Origin: Perna viridis | Lineage: Eukaryota | Direction of reading: 5' to 3' | NCBI GenBank assembly: GCA_037379345.1 | Contig: CM074522.1 | Location: forward strand, 310,001 to 374,000 | Length of the DNA: 64,000 nt | Shown here: piece after piece, positions 1-10,939 of the stretch | Position numbering within the stretch: the stretch's first letter is position 1 | Layout: every line of letters begins with the position of its first letter | Program-made: the position numbers and the translations under genes | The notes under the pieces: model-generated | What the model saw: only the letters and a program-made list of their open reading frames with translations | Databases searched by the model: none | Told to the model about the DNA's origin: nothing

Positions 1-1629
1 ATCGCTGAGTGTAAAGGTTATTGACAAAACAAAAACAAATAAAATATTAAGAAATTTTGAATTAATGATTTGTATTGTTTTTTTTTTTTTGTTGTTGAAA
101 TTGTTTACCAGATGCATCGTGTTAACTTACTTTAATGAAGATTATTTTGATCATAAAACAAAACCGGATGCAAGCACATGCTGCTATGTTTATCAAAGCT
201 TGATGAAAGTAATGCAGAAATGGTGTAAAAGTGACCGAGAGGATGCTACAGCTATCAATATGGAGAAAACATTTCAGATTAAACATTTTTCTCTCAGTAA
301 ATTAGTGTTTTGACTCGGTCATTCCATATAATCATTTCAATTTTAGCCAAAATTGTGGATATTATTTATTGCCAAATTGATAGAATTGCTTGTAATTAGG
401 AGGTAAGATAAGGAAGGAACTTAGAAATTATTACACTATAATACCATTAATAAAAGGAATAAATATACACTAGATATAACAAAGAACGACCTTCTTAAAG
501 GTGCCTTAAATGTTTGAAATATTAACCTATATATAACGTACTTAGAAATCTGTGGACTTATTTACGGAAGGGCGTTTAAATCTTTACCATTCCTTTCTTT
601 AAACCGCCATCATGAATAAATTTTCAAAGAATCCCTAGTTTCTAAAAATCCTCTTAAATATTTAAATACACATGGTTAAAGTAAATACGAATAAGATTTT
701 TAAAACAATAAGATGAAAGATTTCCTAAAAAGAAAAAAAAAACAGTACGATGCTATTCACTATTTAAGCAGTCTACAAAATCTGAGTGACAAAACCGTGT
801 GTCATGGATACCAAACTGTATTTCTTGGGCGTCACGTATATCTCTGTAATTCGCAGTTTAAAGTCTTCTTTCAGTCTCTGCACAAGAACAAAAAAACTGA
901 TGCATGTTTCCTTACCTTAATTTATACTATAAAATCCGACCAATTTACTCTCTGAAATAACGCCGTAATGAAGCTAGAAGATGGTGCTTTTTGATTGGTT
1001 AATAAGGCACGTGGTTGCAATATCACGACAACCCCTTGGTTCACTTGACAAATACGGCATATACAAAAGATATACATTATTTATTAATCGGGTAAAGTTG
1101 TAATTTACTACACAGCTGTTACGAGAAAAGCTAATAATAATGTATTTATTAACAACAGAAATATACGTTTGTTTGTCTTAATCGAAAGGCCTACTTAATA
1201 GTTTCATGTAACCCTCAAACAATTTCAGTAAGAGCAAAGCTATGTAGAGATTACTTGCAATTTTGCGATGAAACCAACTGCTGCATGAATAAGCGTTCAG
1301 TAAATTGTCCTGAAGTTGTTATAGCAAACTGAATTTTAGTACAAGTCTGGATTCATGCTTTTCCAGAGCAAAATACCAACTACTGAGTCTTATATAACAA
1401 TAACAGGTTCATAGAAACTAATACAAGAGGTAAAAATGCATAAGGATATAAGAAAAGGGGGGAAATAAAAGTATCCTTTTCGACTTTAGTTTCCAAAATC
1501 GCCCAAAGTCCGTGCAATGAGGTATTTAAGAAAATAGCCAACCGAACGGAAATTTCATGTTTTACCATTATATTTATTACAATGTATCCACAAAATTTCA
1601 AATTCTAATTCAAGTTTTATGTATGAAAC

Positions 1630-1985
1630 AGTGCGCATAATGTGAACTTGAAATGTACCCTCATGTCCTCAGAGTATAAGAAAAGTCTCTGCAACTTGTC
1701 TGGGATCTACACACCACGGATTAAAATGGTAGAGACCAGCAGCTCTCTTTACAATGAACAACTACCACAACACTAGAAGTGTCATCTTTAGGTTGGCAAT
1801 CACTATATCAGAGCGCCGCCTCAAAAAAAGGCTTGTCAAATTTTACAAAATTGTTCACTGCCTCATTGCCATTCCATCTGACGTCCTGGTAACACCGGAC
1901 AGTAAGAAAGAAATTAACATTACTCATTAACATATCAAAATTAATTCACATAAAAAGATACATATCAATGGTCATTTTTGTCAAA
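1630..1985 (+). mobile_element. Decayed CR1-type LINE, C-terminal ORF2 remnant
   Basis: Broken translation AALFTMNNYHNTRSV..GWQSL..ERRLKKRLVKFYKIVHCLIAIPSDVLVTPDS..KDTYQWSF resembles the CR1 post-RT region. Confidence 0.7.
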
Positions 1986-2934
1986 GTCTGAACTTGACTT
2001 GGAGATCGTCAGCGACCAGAATTACGTAACCAAAGTAAACATTTCCAAATATAACTACTAAAATAAAATTCCGCAGGTTATTCTCCTTGCAAAGTCTACG
2101 TAAAGATATCGCTCCGCCGCCGATCATATATATATCTACATGTCAAATAACAGTTTCAGATGGTCATGTGGCACACTCGTGTTCGTAGGGTTAAAGTATA
2201 GTATATACATTTTAAATAAAATGTATTCAATGGATACTTGTACATGTTCCTAAAACCCAAACTACTTTAACTTTTGTAAGTTCTTATCAAATTAACAAAT
2301 AAACAATTTCGCCAAGCAGTGGATGGTAAAAGCAACTAAAAGGTTTATGCAATGTATCGCTTTATATCATATATTTAGAATGAAATATCTTTTTTGTACT
2401 TGCCTTATAGGAGAAATGTTTAAATCCTTTTTTGTACGTCTTGCCTTATATAAGAGAAGTTATATATATCTTCTATGTATAGATACAGATTTTGGCATGC
2501 AATTGCAATATTCAGGATGGAATGTAAAGAAATAGTAATGCAATGTACATGCACAATGTGTTTTATATCCATGCTAATCATAACTGATTATCAATCTTTT
2601 TAGTATACTGTCAAGATATACCAGACACATTTACTTAGACTGCAGATCATTAAGTAAGATGCAGGAGTTTCATGACACAAGAAACTTTAAGACAATTCAA
2701 TTCTAATTCAATAGATTAGAAATTCTATGTCCATGAATGTGCATTGAAAATGTGAAGAATGTCAAGACACCCAAAAATAAATCTTTCCTTGGAGCTGTTT
2801 TATCAGGAACATTCATACATGTATATTGTACTAGGTAAATGTTGAAGGTATTCATTAATTCTTCATATACTTTGTATGTACACAATGATTAAAAAAAATC
2901 AAAACCAGTAATTGGTATCAGTAATTGGTATACT

Positions 2935-3190
2935 TTTAACATTGTTAGTGTAGAAAAGTAGAACAGTAGTCATATTTCTTAACATTGCTAGTGTAGAACA
3001 GCAGAGCAGTAGCCATATTTCTCAACATTGCTAGTGCAGAACAGTAGTCATATTTCTCAACATTGCTAGTGCAGAACAGCAGAACAGTAGTCATATTTCT
3101 CAACATTGCTAGTGCAGAACAGCAGAACAGTAGCCATATTTCTTAACATTGCAAGTATCTAACAGTAGAACAGTAGTCATATTTCTTAGC
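2935..3190. repeat. Minisatellite, ~34-42-bp unit (aacattgctagtgcagaacagcagaacagtagtcatatttctc)
   Basis: About 6 tandem copies. Confidence 0.9.
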
Positions 3191-3499
3191 AAGATTTGCA
3201 GTTTACATGTGAATGTCTGTGATCATGAAATTTACACTGAAAACTACAAAAATACATGTGTGGTTACCCTATGATGGTTACTGGCACATGCAGTACAGTA
3301 TTAATTTAAGATTTCATACAATGATATTTGTATTATAGTACTACATGTATCTAACTTGTTTTTCACTTTTTAATGTGACATTAAGTGCTCATAAATAAAT
3401 CAGCATACAGGGATAGATCCACAGATTTTGAAATGGAGGTCCAGACATCATTACAATTCATCAGGTAACAAAAAAACATAAATGGAAGAAGCACTATAA

Positions 3500-5045
3500 C
3501 AGTATTATAAGCAAGCTTTCCATTTTCTGTATTTAGAAGATATTTGTCTATTGTTCTTTCTTTGCCACTGGGTTATATTAATAAACAGGCCATCAAGTAC
3601 GCTTTCACAATATCGATTACATACGATGTAAAAACATCATCATCTAGAGCGAAAATGTCAGTGAGTTCACATGAATCTCTGTCTCTTCGTATGATCTAAC
3701 CATGTAGCACGGTATCGATATATTCTGGTCCCACAAGAAAACTTTAGGCATATCCTTGTATCAGGTAATTTCATAAGTCTACAGAACAAACGTACAATGT
3801 TAATTTGAGTTCTTTGATATATTGGATACCATGATTCCATGAATCGGTGTTGTAAGACTTTCCCAAAGAAAAGTTCGTACAGCTCGATATTATAGTCTTT
3901 CTAAACAGTCCAAGCGTTTGATTCCCCTAACATCGGATCCGTACTCTACTATAGGAATAACAGTGGAGTCAAATATCTTTGTGTATGTATCGAAGTCCAT
4001 TCCATCCATCGCATAGTATTTTGACACCAGTGCTTCCATCGGAAACTAGTTCGTTTATTGTGACGCTATTTAACCCAAATGTTCGCGCACAATTGGTCAG
4101 AGATATCTTTATTTCGGCATTATTTCAAGAGTCATATAATCAAATTGGAAAGAGTATTTTGATTTTGCAGCTTTTCGTACTTGCATCACTTTCGTTTTGT
4201 CCGTTTTACTTTAAGTCGCCAAGTGTTAGACCACTCCCTTGCACAATAAAGATGGGATTGCAATCCATCGGCTGAGTTTGAGATCAAAACTACTATCCGC
4301 GTAAAGAAGGCAGTCTACAGAGTTTGTTCCAATGTGAATTCCTTTGTCGATGCGATGAATTTCCGATGCGAGGTCATCCGCAAACACTGCAGAAAGGGTA
4401 GGAGCTAAATTTTCAACTTGACGAACACCAGCGTCAACTGAGAACCAGTGGTCCTTTTCACAAAAAATCGTCAGTGTAAAATTAGTCGTAATTTATGATG
4501 TCATAGTAAATCAAAGTATTGTGACGTCATAACTTACGACTAATTTTACTCTTACAATTTTTTGTGAAAATGGCCACTGGTGGTTAGAGATTCATTTGAG
4601 CGTGTCACTGTCTGAATTGTTTTATACGTGCACTTGATCGCCTTGTACATAATTCAATGAATTCTATTCGATAAAAGTTAGTGAAAAAGCAGACTGTGTT
4701 CGACGGAATCGGAGGCTTCTGGAAGTCGGTAAAGCAGAGGTAAGTGTCATTGTTCGTTAGTTTTCGATTTCTGAGAATAGTACACATCCAGACACGAGCG
4801 GAGTTTGTGGAAGCCATTCTATTCCTCACTAGATCTACATAGATTATTTTCCTCGATATTCGAGTAAGCGGGAGTTCAAGACAGTATACGTTTTTGCTGT
4901 TGTCGAAGAAATCAGGATAATACGGCGATATCCTAGGGAGTCTCTATACTCCACCTTTTTAAATAATGGATGAATTATACTTTTGCACCAGTAGTCAGGA
5001 GAGGTTTCATCATTGAAACAGATGTTAAAAAGCTACAATGAAAAT
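3500..5045 (-). mobile_element. Decayed non-LTR retrotransposon reverse transcriptase (clade tentatively RTE-X/Proto2-like)
   Basis: Minus-strand motifs in order: LFNICF..PDYWCKSIIHPLFKK, EE*NGFHK, YLCFTDFQK, WFSVDAGVRQ..LAPTL..FADDL, LLYAD, KTKVM, KIFDSTVIPIVEYGSDV; many stops and frameshifts. Confidence 0.9.
4449..4576. mobile_element. 128-bp near-palindromic MITE (PIF/Harbinger-like) inserted in the LINE RT
   Basis: ~55-bp imperfect TIRs TGGTCCTTTTCACAAAAAA.../...TTTTTTGTGAAAATGGCCA, flanked by CAG and CTG. Confidence 0.85.
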
Positions 5046-5870
5046 GTATACACATGCCCGAAAAAAGAATAATACATCTTCGAAAGTAACTTAATTGTAT
5101 ACATGATGCAGATTGATCACTGATCTGTGTATGAGTGCAATAATCGTGTTTAGAAAGTAAGAAGACTAAAGTTCTGCTCGTTTTTTGTCAGCTTTTTATT
5201 TGTCAGGCATACATCACCGTGGTGAATACACAACTATTTAGCGTTCTATTTTTTTATGACGACCAGGCGGGTACAACTAAAATACTGACAATCTTTCTTT
5301 GTTGTTCGGTTATGTTAATAAACAAGCCCGTACGTCTTAATTATGACCAGGAGAGAGCTTGGGTGGCTTTTATCTTTACAGGATTAGGCGACCCGTGACA
5401 CAGATGTCGACTTGCGGTTGACATGCGGGTGTATAATAATAACCGATAATAACTGAAATATAATTTGATTTCTTTTGTCTTACGGATTTTGAAATTAAAC
5501 ATGGAGAATTTGACACAATACACAGAATAGGTGACCCTAGATGAGTTTAAGGGAGTTTTTTTCTGGTACGGACAATATTTATATAGGTTAAAAGATTTGA
5601 TTATAGCAAAAAAGATTTACAAGAGGTAACTTCAGCACAAAACCCTCATGGCTTATTAAATGAAATCTTAAAAAAAAATAAAAATACACAAATTTGTATT
5701 ATCCTCTGTACTCGCAGTGAGTGGTACACTTGTCAAGAGTAACATTCAGTGAAAAAAAAAAAAAATTTCCATTGTAGCGGAAATGGCCGAATAGTTTCGA
5801 TTAGCATTTCAACCACGCGAATTTTAACTGTGCCCACCCCCCCCCCATCTGATACCCCGGATCCGCCCCT

Positions 5871-7097
5871 GCAAATGGTCCGTTTTCAACGATTGTTTAA
5901 CAAATAAAATTTATTTGGCCGTTTCCGCCTTTTTATAAAGAGTAAAACTTCATAACACCTTAAGAGTCTTCGTACCACGAACGACACTAACACTAGCTCA
6001 TCAGCTAACCAAACCCTGTGGTTTATTTAGATGGGCGCCAAATGTAACGGGAGAGCATGATTTGACTCACGAAATTATACTCGAACGCTAGACCCCTCGG
6101 TGGCAAGCCAGCGACAAATCGATTCGGCTAAAGAATTAATCCTTTAGCCAAGTCAATTAAATGACTATTTGAATTTCACTACCTAGTACAACGCAGGTAG
6201 GCCTTCCTGTCACATAAATATACAAATTCATAACACGGAAACGATAAATCTTAAATTTATACAAATCGAAAGATAGAACATCAACAGATATGAACAATTC
6301 ACCAAAGTTTCATAAAAGTTGGTGAAAGTGTTTTGAGTTATTGTCCGAAAACTTGAAAGACCCCCTTTTTTTAAGTATAATCAAAGCACCGAAGATGCTG
6401 AAACTCGAAAGTCGCTTGGCGTACAACATGCAAGATAGGTTCCCGATGTTTGTTTTTAAGCAATGTGCATGGGCTAAGGTTTGAGAATGTTTTGGTGTTG
6501 AAACCATGTTTCCCTTGCAACCTGCAGAAAAAACAAAACAAAGATGTACACAAATATCGTGAAAATAAGATTATAGCATTTGTTTAAGTTCTTGAGATCT
6601 TAAACTTGAAAAAAGGCAGCTGATGATGTTAATTGTGACGCTTCTTGATAAAATGATTTTCATTATAATACCATTCACGGGGCATAGTTAAAATCCACCA
6701 CCATCCAAAGAGAGATAACTCCAGTTAAATTGTATTGGCTATTATTTATCTTCTTTGAAATTACTTCGCGACCAAGCGCAAAAAATAGTTTGTCGTCTCG
6801 ATTTACCAGTTCGACAATATTTAGCTGAAAATTAACACTTTTGTCATTCTTGTACTTACAATACTCGAAGCCACTGACGTGACTTCCGAGTAAAAAATGA
6901 TTACACGGAAATGATAAATCTGAAATTTATAAAAATCGAAAGGGAGCTTATGTCAATAGATATAGACAATTCACCAAAATTTCATAAAAGTAGGTGAAAT
7001 GTTTCTGAGTTATTGTCCGAAGTGTGGATGAAGGACGGACGGACGGACGGACAATGGTATACCATAATACATCCCCTTTTAGACGGGCGTATAAAAA
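5871..7097 (-). mobile_element. Helentron-associated non-autonomous element (HINE-like) with internal repeats and insertions
   Basis: (GGAC)n microsatellite followed by hairpin ...GACGGGCGTATAAAAA; internal unit duplicated (6220-6350, 6900-7020); reverse-complement match to 39483-39750. Confidence 0.75.
6043..6214 (-). mobile_element. Solo-LTR/TRIM-like 172-bp insert with a tRNA-like segment
   Basis: TGTAACGGG...CCTGTCACA termini; flanks caaa/taaa; GTTCGAGT box on the minus strand. Confidence 0.45.
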
Positions 7098-8360
7098 TAA
7101 ACAGGTTCCAGTAGTTACGTTCCTTAAAAAATTGTGAAATCTATATTTTCATTGAAGATCGAGATCGAAACAGTTTAAATCTAAGAATGTGACTTGAATT
7201 TACTTTATGTAAAAACTTCAATTAAACGAAGAGGTATTTTGATATATTGGTGAAATAAATCAAATAAACCAAATTTTTTTTTTAATTGTGTCACGTACGT
7301 CTCCATTAAGATCGTCACTTCAAACCACTTTTAGAACTGTGAAATAAAGTAGACATTTATTATATCAATATATGTTAATGTAGGATGAAACCGTTATGAG
7401 AAATGACAGAAATATTGTTTCCAAAATTTCAATCGACCAGTATTGACCACTGTGGGAATATTGACAGGGTGTCTTAAAGACCAGTAAAAATCTGGGACGA
7501 TTATAACCGCTCAAACGTTATTTTTGCTTGATTTTGCACGAAATTATATGTACATATAAAAATATTTCTCAACAAGAGGAGGTTTCTGTACTTCCATATC
7601 ACTTGGTTAAAGTACATGTACATGTATATTTTCATGGATTTACATTGTAATATATATTGCGTTTATTAAAGACATTGTTATGATTTTTCCTTGATCTTTT
7701 TTCAGTGGTTATCACTTAGAAGATTCACTAGATGTAGTGAGAAGAAACCAAACGCAAAACGGACCATTTTTGTGCTGGGACACTATTTACGCATGAAGCA
7801 AAGTCAATGATTCTCACTGGAGATCATATTTTTGAAGAAATGCTGATTTGAGTGTAAAGTGACAATAAATTTGAGGACATAAACGTACATAGCCAGGAAT
7901 ACCAAAAGCAACAGTACAAAAGAAGATCCAGAAATACATGTAATAAACAGGCAATATAGCAGACATGCAATGATTATTCTTCAAAATGACTAAGTTATTG
8001 ATCCGATAATTTAGCTTACAATTTGATAACACAAATATTTTTTTTTTTTATAAATGTGAGGTCTTCTTTGACTCAGTGCCTCAGCACTTTGATTTCCAAA
8101 AGTCATCATTTTCTAATATGACGTGCTTCAAAGCTCTTTTGACCACAGCCATGGTAAAAAATGATAAACTCATAATTGACATTTCGTGCAACTCATAGGC
8201 TACGTCTATTAAAACATATGAAGACACTAGTCCCATCAGAATCGAAATAAGTCATGGAAACTCCATTTTATAATTGTTTTACCACGGGCTATCACCCGGT
8301 ATAAAACAATGTGACATAAATGGCCAGCCCGTAGTAATTCAATGGAACATGCCAACGGTC

Positions 8361-8634
8361 ATCTTTCCTCTTTCGTCTACCCTGGACTTGACTTTTTGTG
8401 AGCAACTCGGTGGGTGTTTCTAGAAAAGCAGAGGACGCTTACCCTACCGGTGCACCTGGTCCATGCTCCCAGTTTTTAGGGGAGTCCGAGTTGCTCATTT
8501 ACTTTTGTTACTTTATATATATTATTTTAGTACTTTATGTTCTTTGTTGTGATTGTCTGTTTTGCATGTCTGATCTTTGTCCCTGAATTACATGTGATTT
8601 CCGCTAGAATCTTGGTTCCCTTGACTACTCTTTC
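8361..8634 (+). mobile_element. Penelope-like element 3' end (family A, copy 1)
   Basis: Same sequence as the 3' parts of 18313-18953, 29232-29725, 35506-36070 and 38505-38830. Confidence 0.8.
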
Positions 8635-9091
8635 TAAACAGAAGAGTCATACACAATAGACATATCCAAAGAAAGTCAACTCCAATATTGGTAAAAACAA
8701 ATACCGAGGCGTGAATGATGGGACAATTCAAAATTCTAAAACAGGAGACACAGACGATCTACATACATAATGTAGCAAATAGATATCATATAAAAACTGA
8801 AGAGAAGGAAATCAAGAAGTAACACTAAACAAATTAAAGCACTAACACTATGAACTCCCACAAAAAAACAACAAAAAAAAAAACGACACTGACATCAGGT
8901 TCTTCGGAAGGGTAAAAACGTGCCCAGATTCGTCAGTGGAACTCGTTATTTAGATGTTCTCTGTGCACCTCATTAAATATTAAACCCATGTAAATATTCT
9001 AAACAATATATTTTAAATAAACAAAAATATATTTTTTTAAATATTTTGAAACATAACCATATTACTGTCTTTTTTCAAGTTTTTAATATAT

Positions 9092-9275
9092 AAATTCCCA
9101 ACGATGTTAGAACTGTCAAATTTGCAATGCAAAGTCCAGGCGGTGTTGCCATAGATGTCACAGCGGTACGAGTTCGAGTCCCGCGGAGGGAACGACCAAG
9201 AATTTGCATTGCAAATTTGACAGTTCTAACATCGTTGGGAATTTTTCAGACCTTTCTATATATATATATATATAT
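9092..9275 (+). mobile_element. tRNA-derived SINE fragment with (TA)n tail and an inverted copy of its 3' part
   Basis: B-box GAGTTCGAGTCCC at 9170-9182; 42-bp perfect inverted repeat 9092-9133/9203-9244. Confidence 0.7.
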
Positions 9276-9689
9276 TATAAATTTATCTCCGAAAATGACT
9301 TTATTCCAGCGCATCTGAATACATGTATAATATGTAAAATGTGTATGTTTTTGTAAATGAAACATTTAGCAATGATTGGAACGTTATTGACTATGATGTT
9401 ATCAATAAGGTTTTGTAATCTATGACATATAAAAACACGTCTCTTGAAGGTAATATTTCGGATATGTCATAACCACGTTATTTGAAAAATGAATACGTGT
9501 TCCTACTGTGCATATGGATAATTCTAAAGATCAGATTTAAAAACAGTAACAACAAATACATATTTAAAATTTCTTGATCCTTTGCAAAGTAATCCCGAGA
9601 AATCCATTAATTAGACATATAGTCAACAACTGCGTTCCATACAATATTGTTTTCCACACGTCAGATTTACCTATCATGTAAATATTGAA

Positions 9690-9752
9690 TTGAAGATGTC
9701 GATAGTTTGGATAACTTAGATGTCGAGTTGTGTTTATATTTTGCCTTTAAAT
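9690..9752 (+). other. Candidate first non-coding exon of the TIMP-like gene (5' end uncertain)
   Basis: Donor aaat|GTGAGT at 9753 upstream of the micro-exon. Confidence 0.35.
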
Positions 9753-10132
9753 GTGAGTATTTTGTTATTTACTGTTCATCTGAAATCCAAATATTGTTCA
9801 TGATGTAATGAATGATAAACTCCGAGAATGTTAAGCTACGAAGGATTGTAACGAAAATTAGAGAATGTACGGTGCGCCAAACTAACATATAAATGAATCG
9901 ACTATGAACAGAGCTTTGACATTAGCAAATTGGCTTGTCACATGTATGAACACATTTAAATTCGTCGAATTTTCCGGCAATTACGTCAATCAAGTCATGG
10001 AGATGCAATTTAGCAGTAATACAATCTTATAATTATGGTAGAAATAAAGCTGTTGTAGATAATTTTGAAGGTCAATCAAATAATAACATATTTTGATATT
10101 TTGAAAACTTAACTGTAATTTTAGTTTTCCAG

Positions 10133-10156
10133 GATCTTATCAAATAACACTGAAAG
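10133..10156 (+). other. Candidate 24-nt 5'UTR micro-exon of the TIMP-like gene
   Basis: ttagttttccAG|gatcttatcaaataacactgaaag|GTAAGC; strong splice sites at both ends. Confidence 0.55.
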
Positions 10157-10806
10157 GTAAGCTTCATACTGTGGTAATACTTTATAAGAACTTTATACGT
10201 ATAGGTACATATTGAGCAGTTTAAAAAAGGAAATTAAGACATTTAGAACTACTCACCTCAATATGAGAAAATGATTTGGCGCGGTTCTTTTCATTAAAAC
10301 AAAATATTAGTAGTGAAGTACTAACAGGCAATTTTTTGTCACAGAATTAGAGCACTTGATATACAAGTAAATTTAAATACAATTGTTATAAAAAAATTGC
10401 AAAGGTGATAGAAGTTGGAAACCATAAAACAGTATTCATGTACATGTACTTTTTGTAAAATAGAGATGGAGGATAAGCAAGCTCTTCTATATACATGTAT
10501 ATGTTGCTTAATTACTATTGGTTAAACGTACATGCATATGTTTTATTATAACTTTATTGTACTTGTGGTAACAATCCTACATGTAGAATTTTTTTACCAA
10601 AATAATCAGATTCTTGTCAAGAATTGTTGATACGAGATCAATCTGGTTATAACTTTTATTTACTTATTGATACTGAATGGGAAGAAATTAATTCATGAAG
10701 ACAATAATTAACTGAAAATCAAATGCCAAAAATTATGATCAGTATTGTTCTGTTAAATATCAAGAATGATGTACTGTAGTTTGTTCTAATTTAAGTGTGA
10801 CAGAAT

Positions 10807-10939
10807 ATGCTATTAACTGGAACGTTAGCGTTGCTGGTTCTACTTATCCCAAATGCAGAGTTATGCGAGTGTGATGCGAAAGACAAAGAATGGCTGCAAG
10901 GAAAGCTTGTGCCGAAAAGTCTGTGTACAAGTCCACAGA
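10807..10939 (+). CDS. TIMP-like coding exon 1 (signal peptide + CEC...C)
   Basis: Acceptor tgacAG at 10802-10803, ATG at 10807, donor CAGA|GTAAGT at 10940. Confidence 0.88.

Noticed and set aside
65-313. Possible terminal exon after ttgtttaccAG (112)
   Set aside because: No recognisable protein similarity and no upstream context
4690-4746. Strong + strand donor GAG|GTAAGT in a CpG-rich patch
   Set aside because: It is the antisense of the LINE RT codons DTYLCFTDF; no independent exon evidence
5960-6020. Minus-strand CTGATGAG as a hammerhead ribozyme core
   Set aside because: No GAAA after a stem II and no stem III or cleavage triplet found
9165-9190. tRNA gene
   Set aside because: Only a T-arm/B-box; no cloverleaf, and followed by a SINE-like tail
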